DNA of 58,093 nucleotides, filler included, from Bipalium vagum (lineage: Eukaryota), in assembly GCA_037834085.1 (NCBI GenBank). It is 3 parts of 3 records of this genome, joined end to end, with 100 filler letters (N's around TTAATTAATTAA, not from the genome) between each part and the next. Parts side by side here need not be neighbours in the genome. Positions count along the whole stretch, not along the records: positions 18,309 to 41,876 come from JBBMKC010207709.1; 2 more parts are not named here. One strand, written 5' to 3'. Each line of letters opens with the position of its first letter. Position 1 is the stretch's first letter. The translations under genes and the position numbers were made by a program. Positions 26,201 through 38,200 of the stretch are shown here, piece by piece. The notes under the pieces are model-generated. The model worked only from the letters and a program-made list of their open reading frames with translations, was not told where the DNA came from and searched no databases.

Positions 26201-29200
26201 TCGCAGATCTTCCCGGAAGAGGTCCTTATCGGGCTGTGTATAATGACGCAGCCGTGCAATGTGTACATCAGAATATACTTCAAGATCCATATGCATCTTC
26301 TCATCGTCGCTCGTCTCAGGTAGACATATCGAGAACATTACTTCAGAAAATTTTGCAGTTGGATTAAAAACTGTTCCCTACAAAATTGAAATGGTCCAAT
26401 TTTTGAAAACCCGGGATACCCATCATAGCAAAGATGACAATCAATTTTTGAATAATTTGATAATGAGTAATGAAGCTCATTTCTGTCAGAATGGTTGTAT
26501 CAAAAACCAAAACAATAAATTCTGGGGTAAATCAAATCCTAGAGAATTATACCATCATAAATTGCAGTAAAAAATGAGCTGTTTGGTGCGGCGTTATGGC
26601 TGACAGAGTTATCAGTTCATATTTATTTGAAAATAAGGAAGGTCATATTGAAAAAATTAACGGTTCTCGGTATAGGACAATGCTTGAAATGTTTTTACGC
26701 CCAGCTTTCCAAGATAATCAACATGTATGGTTTCAACAGGATGGAGCTACTTTGCGTACTGCTAAAGCAACATTGAAAATTCTAAGAGAAATTTTCGGTA
26801 AACGAATATTTTCTAAAAATTCAGAATTTAATTGGCCTCCGCGATCACCTGATTTTTCGGCTCCGGATTTCTTTTTTTAAGGATACCTGAAAGACAGGGT
26901 TTACATAAACAAACATAAGACCATTTACGATAACTTTCGAGCTGAAATCCAAAATTTGAGACCTGAAACCTTACGAACTACATGGAAAATGCACTGAAGA
27001 GAGCTTATATTTGTGTGCAGAAAAATGGTTGCCATTTGACTGGTGTGGTTTTCCATTCATAATTTTGAAATAACTTCTATTTGTAAATAAAATAATTTAA
27101 AAATAAAAATACACGTGTTTGTAAAAGTTATTTTTGTTTTACATCGTTCAGTCTTTTAGTGGCCACCCTATATTAATGATTTAAAAATTTCCTAAAAAAA
27201 TTATTCATGTGCCGATGAACGGTTGTTTTATTTCGCTAAAATCTGAGTGATTCTGATGAAAATTATTTTTTATAAGTAATGTGAGTACAACTTTTTAAAT
27301 GATTTTTGATTTCATTTTCTATTTTTCTACTTAACTTTCTGATTGGAAAAGTTTTATCTCGAAAAATTTCTGTTTTATAAGTGATCTGATTAAATGAAAT
27401 TATAAAAACATAATTCTTTAAAATAGTATTTTCAAAATATTATGTTCAAAATAATTAGAATAACGATATCATTCTGGAAATTAGAGTAATAATTAAAATA
27501 TAACACCATTTTGGTTGGTTTTGGATAATTTAAGAAATCGAAATTCGGCAAATTTCAACTTTTATGTAAGTGTCAATTGTTTTCGATAAAACAGTGAATC
27601 AATGTTTCCTTATAATAAATATTTTTCATTTCAAATTTAACAGTTTCATTTTAGTCAAGAAATTCCGATATCGAAATATCTCCTGCTTCTCCAGGTTCTC
27701 GTCGGAGTAATTATGAGTTTGATATTTCCGTTATATGTCCTATTGTTCCTTTTGTTGGGAATCAACCTCCAAAAATAAGATCATTAGGCAAGGAGTTTGA
27801 GGCTCGTCGCTTATCTAGAACTAATCAGTAAAATCTTAATTTTTGCTTAGTTTAAAAAGTATAATATATCAATTTGCAGAGATGACTTTAATTTAGGCGT
27901 TGATCTATCGACAACGACTTCTACAAATGATTTGGACAAATCTAAATCAAATTCTCCTAATAACAAATTACAACCTATGAAAAATCTTCTTGATGATCAA
28001 AATACAGATAAAAAACAGTCTGCCAAAGATTCTTCGACTGACACCGTTCGTCCTTTCATAAATTTGAAAACAAAATCACCAAACAAAATCAGAAAAACGA
28101 AAGACATGGGTAGCGATTCTGATTCAGATGTTGACAAGATGAAAGAAGTTCCAAATAATATTCATAACTTAAAAGGAAAAGAGGATTTTTCGTACAATGA
28201 CATAATAGAAAATTATAAAGACGAATTATTTAAAATAAATCAATTATATTCTCCAACAGGTATTATTAATAAATTTCGTCCTAAACTTTAATTTACTATT
28301 ATTTTTCTTGTTTGGTTACATATTTATTATTGTTATATTTAATTATTTATTATAATTACAAATTATTACATTTATATTAAGTAATATATTTTTTACCTAC
28401 TACAACATATTATTACTACTACTATTAATAATAAAATATTGAAGAATCGTTATAATATTATGAATATGAACATATTTAGTTAATTTTGTAAAAAAATATC
28501 GTTCATTTAAAAAAATATTTTAAAGTTCAGAAATTCAATGTATTCCTAATATTAAAATCAAATCTAGAAAAAAGATTATTATTTTAAGAAGATAAATGTC
28601 TTTAAAACCTAATTTTTCTATTCTACTAAGAGGTTTTCAAAGTTTTCATGATTAATCATTCATTATTTGCATATGATTACTCTCTTGACTGGACTCTTCA
28701 CCATTTTTTTCAATTATTCAGTTTTAATTATTTATGTTTTGTATTTGTGACCTTTGAGTAATCAAACATTGATGATGCGCTTGTTCTATTTTAAGAATGT
28801 ATTGTTTTAGGACTTTGGGTGTTCCGAGTTCTGCAAGTGTTGAAAAATATCTTTACAAATCTCTGGTCAGATTTCTAATTAGCGGAAATTTACTGAGTTA
28901 TTTTATCTTTTATAAATTAATCAAGGTCCATTTTAATCAAATTTAAATTGATCAGAATTAAAAAGAAGTTCTTTGTTAGATTTTTAAAAAAATTCATTTG
29001 ATTTGATTCAAACCTTAGAACAAATAAATTGGATTTTCAATCAATGATTACAATTTTAAACTTTAAAAATTTTAATTACATCAATAATTTTTAAATATTC
29101 TCTCTTTTAAAATGTGATAAATGATGTATTTTTTTAAAACATGATTGCTATTTTTCATGTGATTTAATATATATGATTTTTATAATTATTGTAACAAAAT

Positions 29201-32200
29201 TGTTATTTTTAAAATATTTTGTATATAAATTCACCAAATTTATTTACCTAGATATTAAAATTGGATCTGAAGATGTTCAAAAGTAAGATTTATATTATTT
29301 CTCCAAAACTATTATTTAAAGAGAAAATCTGAATCTCTATTTTTATCTATATATAACTTTTTGATAAGACTATTTTTTGATGATTTTTTTACCAATTGTC
29401 TTCATTAACACTTTTTATTGATCTGTAAATGAAAATCTAATGTTTACTTCTTATTTTTAACCGGTTTTGTATCTCTTTTTTAATGCACAGTGGACTTCGG
29501 TTAATACGATGTTGTCTGGATTTCCAAAAATCATCGTGATAAGCGATATGTCGTATTAACTGAAGTGTAATTATTTCATTTACTTGATATGAATAAGAAT
29601 AAATGAAACAATCGATTTTCAAACATCCGCAATATCTAGTTATACTTTAAAAAGTCCGTTATTAATAGTTGTTTAGTACTTTGTTGTTTATTATTAAATC
29701 TTCAATTATATATTTTTATTACATCTTCAATTATATAAATTAGTTCCATTTTCTATACTAAGATTGTTTTTTTGAAGGTATTGGCGAACACGCTTGACAG
29801 AGGCTAACACGTCTTTGGCACCTATATACATTACAAAGGGTCCGATTAATTATATCGAAATATCCACATAATCATATTAAGCGATATCGTATTAACTGAC
29901 TTCCACTACTACGTATTAGATATAAAACATGTCGTTTATAAATTCTTATATTAATACAAATAGTTCAGGTATTAATGTTAATCTCAAACTTTAAGCATCA
30001 TATTGAAAACTGATTCCCTTAAATCACTATTTTCATTTTCATTTAGCATTCATAAATAAAATCAATTTTTAATATACCACTTGATATTTTATCTTCTGTT
30101 TTCTAGTATATTCATTCAATTGAAAGAGAGAAATACTCTCAATATTTTCTTTAAAAAATTTTATGACAAATTTTCATTGATCTTAGTTATTATTATAATT
30201 TTTTTTCTTTGAGGATTAAAATTGGTATTTTTATCTTGCAAAAATTGGATATATTTTCGATATATTTATTAATAATATTCTTATTTTATTATAATGTAAC
30301 AGACCATTTGAATTTTTAACTTTTATGTTTTATTTGAATTTTTTAAAAAATAAATATTTAAAATTCAATAAAATTAATAAATACTTCAATTTAAATATTA
30401 ATATAATATAATATAACATAATATAATAAATTTAATAATTGTATTTTTAAAATGAATAATCCACAGTTATTAAACTTAAAAATAAGAACGTAATATATCA
30501 ATTTGAAATCCTTTGATGTTAATAAAAATTTTATTTAATATATTTAATTTGAATTTGTTTTTATTTTGTTTCTAATTTAATATTTTAATGAGACGATTTA
30601 TTTACTCTTTCAAATTCTCACTAGTTAATAAAATAAACAAACTACCCATCAAATTTTAATTTGACACTTATGGCTTCGATATTGTGATTTCTTACAAAAT
30701 AGATTTTGGCTATTTTTATCGTATTTTATAGAACTAATTTCTGTATCAAAACTAAAAATCATTTGATATTATATTTCTTATACTAAATCTTTAATTCTCA
30801 GTATTTTTCTGTTTTTTGTAGTATTTTTTATAAAGAAATTTAAAATTATTTTAAACCTGTTAAATAATTATTTTTATTATTTAATAGAGAAAAATAGATA
30901 GAAGGCTTCGAAATTGTCGCTTTCATTTTTCTAAATTTAGTAATAGTGGGTGGTACTATTTTTGTTATTTTTTCCTCTTTCAATTTCTGTACATAAACAA
31001 ATGGGTTTATAAAAGGAAAGTATGTGATGGATTCATTATTTCTAAATGTTAAAGATTTAAATTGTATTTTGTTTCCTTATGATTTTTGTATTATGATTTT
31101 ATATTATATCATGAAATGACTTTCTTTTTGAACTCTATTGACCTGTTTTTGTTTATATGACTCAATTTCTCAAGTTTGAGAATCGGTCTTTCATTAATGC
31201 TAGCCAAACTTAATTATAAAATTACGGATTTTTAACTGAGCCAAAAATAAATTACTTTAAATTTAATTATTTCATTTAATCTAACACAATATATTTCTAT
31301 TTTTTAAACACTCTTATTGATTAGGATAATAAAAAATATTACTAATTTTTCTTGCAGGTATGTTTATGTTTTTATATCATATTTATTCATTTTATTTTGA
31401 ATACTATTTTAATTTTAAAATAATTACACAAATGTTAACAGAAAACTCCAAATATTACAATTTTTTATATTTAATTGTCAGAGTAAAAATAAATAAATAT
31501 CCAAGTGCGTAATAATAATTTACTAATAAAAAATTATTTCATGAATATTAATATCAATATTTTAATTATTTCACTAATCTTTAGTGATAAATATGTTTTA
31601 AAGCACAAATTAACGATTTTTTTAGGAAGTAAAATTTGAGAGGATTCCAGTTGAACATGGTGTCTTCAGTTTACCATAGAAAATCACATTTTTGATTTAC
31701 ACCAACATAGGAGGACCACTTTTGAAAATTTTTTTAATTTTTTAGGTCATATTGATATTCAGGGTGACCAATTTTGTTTTGAGTTATTTATTATATAATT
31801 AAAGCGTGTAGTGAAATTTTTTTTTCCACCAACAGCTTTTTTGTATTATAAATTAATCATTATATTAAAATATAGTTTTGTTAAAATATCCTTTTTTTCA
31901 CCAGTGCATCATTACTTGACGTTCAGAACTCTTCTCCATCAATAGAATTCACAAATTATGTAAGAGATAATGCTGATTTTCAAGTTCGATTTTTTTCAAT
32001 AAAGCAAAAATTAAAACTACATTGATTAAATTAAGGATTTTTTTTTGGAGTCTGACAATTTTCAGACTGAAAAAGCAATCAATGCTCAATCTCTTGATCT
32101 AGATTATCGATCAAGCTCTTCAGAAGAATATTCTGACAATGATGAACGTTATGCTCAATCCAAATCTTTAGATGATGAAAATCAAGAAAGTTCAATAATG

Positions 32201-35200
32201 AATTTAGTTACGCATGAACTGATTTGCCCTACCCCTGCAGAGGTTGTTGCAAGTAAACATCATTATTTGATTCACAATTATTAAAAATGTAGCTATTGAT
32301 TTTCATTGATGATATTTCTGGACTTCAAATTCAATTGTCAATTAAAAATTCATTTTTCTATTAAAATATTTACAATTTCATTTGGCTGTATTGAATTTTC
32401 TAGTGAGATTGATTCTTGTTGAATTGTTTGACAGTCGATTAATGGAATATGTATTCATGTGTAAAATTAAGTTAATTTCTCTATCAATTATTCATCATGG
32501 TTCTGTAATTCCACAACTACCTAAACACTGTTACGCTTACTAAATTGATAATTCTAATAAAAATGTATTTATACCACTTCATAAAAATATACAATCAATT
32601 ATCCTTTTCATAATTTTGATGATATCGATATTGTATAAATGAATTAGATTTTTTATGAAAAAATAACTCTAATCAATCAATATTTTTAATGAATAAAATT
32701 GTTTAAATAATATGTATAAAAATCTTATTTTATTGATTATCAATTTATCAATATACTTAACCTGTTCAATAAATGGCAATTGATAATTAAATGTTACTTG
32801 ACTTTTAGAATTTGAGCTTGAGTAGATTTTTTTTTATTTGAAAATGTATTATATATCTGAATAAGTTTAAATAGGAGAATAGAATGCTCAAAGCACAGAA
32901 ATATCTCAAATATTAATTTATATTGTGTTTTTTATTTTTAAAATAATTGACTTTTATAGATATAAAAAGACAAAGTCTAATAGATTTCTAAAATTTTCTG
33001 AAACATTTATACAATATAAGATAAAACATGAATTTAAATAAAAATATTATTTAAATATTTCAGTGAAACATGGGTTTTTTTTTAATATTAACAGTTCTGA
33101 TTTAGAAATGGTGCTAATCGGATCAATAGAACTATAATTGTTTGATTATGTTACCTATATTTTGTAAACTGACGTATGTTCGGAATTTTAGTTTCATTCA
33201 AAGTGGGTTGAACGAACATTCCAGACTTAAAGTATCATTTTGTTTAAAGATTAAAAATTAATGAGGTGTGTTTATAGTATGAATCAATTTTGATATATAA
33301 ACATTTATTTTATTGGTAAATTAATAATAAAATATTTAATATTTTTTATCCTATTATAAGTTTTCCTGACTCTTTAAATTATATTTTATAATAAATGATA
33401 CGAACCTCTCATTTTTGAAATAACTCTTTATTTTAAGATCTATTATAATTAAACTCTTGATGTAATTTATTATATTACTCATGAATCTTATTTTTATTTC
33501 GACTTCTTGATTTTATTAAGAGTACAACAACAAATCTATACTTTTAACGTCCATGTTAAAAATAATTCGTAGTCAGAGTTACTACTGAGCATCGCTTCAA
33601 CTTATTGTCTCTGTTCTTGTACTCCAACATTCTTGGACTTAATTTTTCTTACTTCGTTGACAATCGATTCATTTGTTATATTATGAACAATATAATCATT
33701 TTATCATGTAATTAATTTGATTATTAATTTCTATTAACCTTTGAAATTGTAAGTGACATATGAACTATATATCTTCCATAATACTAACTATTTTCACATC
33801 ATTTTTGAGTATGTGGGTGTGCTACTTAAACCTGGCTACTTTAGAAGTATTGAATATCTTTGTCGAAATAGATATTTTTTTAGAAGGATTAAGGAATTAA
33901 ATTGAAATTATCTGAAATTATCTGATGTTCCTTTTGGTTTTGCATGTTTTCTTGCAACATGAATATGGATTTTTAAATTCTATGTAATTCTGGATGTTCT
34001 TATTTATAAATATTTATGAAAATAAAAATAATTCCATTCATCACTTTCTCCAAAATATTAATATTTGGGCAATTAACGATGTCACTATGTTAACAATTCT
34101 AAAAGATCTTTCGTTTGTAAGAAGATCAAATGAATAAGGTTAACTTATACTACTTCCTGTTTTATTTTGATTTCATTTTACTTTTTCTGATGTTACCATA
34201 AATTATTGGTAGTTTTTTGTATAATTAATTTTATATTCAACTGTTTATTTGATGAAATTAAAATTTTTATTATATTATTATTTTCATTAAATTTCTTTTG
34301 ATTTTTAAATAAATAAATTGATTTGATAAAATCTCTAAATAAAATTAAGGTTTTTTCCATAAATTTCTAAGAAAATTATTTATTTTGTTTTTTGTCAATT
34401 TTATTTGAAGATATATTCTAAAATTTTAATTTCCTTATTAATAAATTATTGTAACACTAATAATTTTTATTTTTATATGATAAATTTTATTTTACAAATA
34501 GTTTTAAATATTTTATAAAGGAAGTTAAATTTTCATTTATAAAGATTATTTTTGATAAATATTAAAAAAATATTTTAATATAAAAACAGATGATGGTCAT
34601 CATTGTATTTGGAATCTTAAGCTTTACGTTACATTGAAAAAATATTTTTTATTTTTCAACGTTTTTTTAATTAATAAAGTTATAATAAGAATTTGTAATG
34701 AAATATTTTATATATTATTTCAGAAAATTCATTTCAGTGGTTTTTAAATTTTTTTGTAAAACTTTAATCGTAAAACTGGTTTTTTTAATTTGATAAAATA
34801 TAGATACAAAAAATTATTCTGAATTTATAATTTTTTATTTTGGTGGTAACTATTGTTTTTTTAATCAATATTTGATAACTATATTTATAAGTACAGTATT
34901 GATTTTAAGTTTAACACACCCTATATAAATATATGGATAGCCAGACCCCTCGGGCCCTTGCAGACCTTCGGGCAGATCGTACACCGAACCTCAACTCCGC
35001 GCGACGTCTCAGACTCGTCTTCGTCTTGAACGCCCATGAATGCTTGCTAAATTAATAGTAGTGAACTCTCCATGAATTGCGTGAAGTTGTGTACCCAGCC
35101 GAAACCGAGTACGTGTTTCAGGTAATTACAGGGTCGATGCCACCCCTGCAACCACCCTATCCCTGGATCGGCTTTTACGCAACTATCAACCAGTGTATCC

Positions 35201-38200
35201 CGCAAACCTAGCCAAATTGGTCCCTATTCAGGTTAACAACTCCACTGCAAGAAGGTTTTGACCATGGGCTGACCCTGGCAGGCCAGTTTTGTCGGAGTCA
35301 AAAAAGAAGAAACCATACGCTCACAATGTTTACTTGATATTGATAATCAAGCTTCATGAATACTCTCAATGAGTTCTTCAACATTGGGAACTGTTTTCCT
35401 TGTCACATTCTGCTTCATTATACTCCATATATTTTCAATACAGTTCAAATCTGGACTTTGAGCAGGCCATAGTACAATACAATCGTCCATATTATGATCA
35501 TGTAACCATTGCTGAACTTTTTTTGATTTATGAACAGGGCTATTATTCATAACAATTTTGAAATCTGGGATTTGGAATAATTCAATAGATGGTATTAAGG
35601 AGTTTTCTAATGCCATAATGAAGTCATAAGCCTTGACATTATAACTGAAGACATGAAGAACACCAGCACCGCTAAAATTCATGGTGCCGAAAACCTCCAC
35701 CTACAGCCTTAATAGCGACAAAATCTGAATTCCATATCTCTGACGACAACCTACGAACAACAAAGCGATGATTTTGAGGAAATAAGGCAAAGGAGCATTC
35801 ATCGGTCCAGATAATTCGATTCCAATCTTCCGATTCCAATCTACTAAAACACTATTGGATTCTAACCCGTCTATTACCAACACGTAACATGGGAACTTTA
35901 TAACTAATCCTAGCTCTAAGTCCGTACTTAACAAAAATTTTGCGGACATGTGATTCTGATATATTAATACTCGATGCTTTCCTCAATTCTGCCGATGTTG
36001 CACGACGATTTTGTCTGCATAAACGATATAAGTATTGTTCATTTCGGAAAGTAAATAGCTTGGGACGCCTAGACCTAGGACGATGTTTGACCATTCTTGT
36101 TTCTTCAAATCGACGGATTGTTTGCAAAACACATGTCCTGGATGTTTTTAAAACTTCGACTATGCGCTTCTTAGTTGTTCCGACACAATGTGGCGTAACA
36201 ATTTGCCACTATAATGAATCGTCTATTGTTTGTTTACCCATATAATATTCTAAATAATAAAATGATATTTTAAATGATTTAACTTAATAATAAAAGATTT
36301 AATTTTAAGTTATAAAATTTAAATTCAAAAAAATAAATCATTAAATGATTAAAATAGCTTATTAAATGAAATATGAAAATGATATAAATTGATATAAATG
36401 GACTACAATTCAGTTTTATATGGGGCGTCTTAAACTTAAAATCATTACTGTATACATAATATAGTAAATGTATTTTTATTAACTATTTTAATTTAAATTT
36501 TTAGTAATTTTATATCAATTTATTATTATTTTTATTTTATTACAATTTGCTGTCAGATTTTATGAGTTAAATTATTAATAAGAAAAACTATTGTTGATAA
36601 CATAAAAATCAAATTAATATATATAGTCAAAAGTATATAGTATAATAATAAGTTGTCTCAAAATATCATAAAATATATATTTAGAAAAGAAAAATTTATT
36701 GAAATTCAAATAACTATGAACAGAAATAAATTTCGTACAATATCTATTTAAATGATTATCTCTTACCTTGACCCACCTCTTATATTTGGATTATTATAAG
36801 AATTGCTCCTAATTTTTATGTCTCATTTTCTCAATCGTTTTCTTCTTCGATAGACATGAAGTCCTCTTCCGTTATGTATTTGCAAAGCCATCACATTTTG
36901 CTTTCGGTCTGGATTATGGTTAATTAGAACCTTGCTTTAATAATTGATCGTGACTTCAAGGAACGTGGCATACCAATTCGGAACTTATAATTAATTAAAT
37001 TCTGGTTATTTCCTGTGTAATATTTGCATTTTCTATTAATTTAAAGATCGTTGTTGGAGAGTGTGTGTACTTCTGTAAAATCAAAAGTTCAACACTTTAA
37101 AACTAATGCATCAATAGATTAGTTTTTTAAGTTCAACCATCTTAAAGCTTAAAATAAATAATTTTTATCTTTCTGTAAAAATTTTAGATTATTGAATATT
37201 AAGGCTAATTCTTGGGACAAGACCTATTATAAGACTATCTGTCTATATATATACCAAGCATTATATTCTTCCGAACATAATAATAAGTTATTATGTTTAT
37301 ATTATTCCCATAAATAAATTTGGTCTAGACTATTTCTATTATGTTAAAAATGATTTGTAAATAGATATATCAATAAGGTTTCATAACAATACTCAATAAT
37401 AATTTACCTTAGTATTTGTGTTAAATTTTCTGAGATAATCTGATCATTTTATTGATTAATATTAATCAGCACAACGTATGAATTTAAGTAAAATAGACAC
37501 TAAATCAAATTATTTAATTTCAGTTGAAGGCGGATGTCACATTTTGGAAGATGGTCATTTTTTCTATGACAAGACCATAGATATGGAAAATGAAATTGAA
37601 CCGGATTTGGAATTTGATACTAAAATTCGTGGTGTAAATGAGGTGGTGAGAACTTATAAAAGGGCTGGAGCAAAAGTACATTTCGTATTGGAGAAAGTTC
37701 GTGTATGTTTACCAATATATTTTTTATTTTTACTTTATATTATTTATCATTTTTTAATATTATCTAAAAAACAGGTTTACAGCACATATCCCGAGAATGA
37801 ATATAATCGAAGAAATGAAGAAATCGATCCTTTATCTGCATCCGCTGAATTCGAAATGGAAAAGCGATTAGAAAAAATGAAAATATTCCCCGTTGATTTA
37901 TATAAAGGTATCATTTACACAATTAAATAAAATTAATAAATTATTTATTTTCCTTTTGTATAACCGTGTACAGTCAGGTGAAAAATGTATACACTCAAAA
38001 TTTTTACTTTTCTCTTTTTACATGATGTTAAATGTTACAAAACAAATATTTATATACAAATTTAATACCATCACTAAATATTTTAATGTAAAACATCGAA
38101 ATTTAATAAATATCTGATTTCATGGATGATTTTTGTTTTAATTTTTGATATCAAATTAGATAGAAGATATTCCCAAATATTTATTATCAGATGCTTACAC

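Larger units (their letters stand above)
34894..36450 (-). mobile_element. Tc1-like transposon (DD36E spacing) with both TIRs and a captured GC-rich cassette
   Basis: TIRs of about 36 bp, CAGTA(T/A)TGATTTTAAGTTTAA(C/G)AC(A/G)CCC(T/C)ATATAAA, with TA at 34892-93 and 36451-52. The transposase at about 36243-35305 has RSRRPK, IIWTDEC, MNNSPVH (D changed to N) and [15 protein letters not shown], plus premature stops. Confidence 0.92.
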
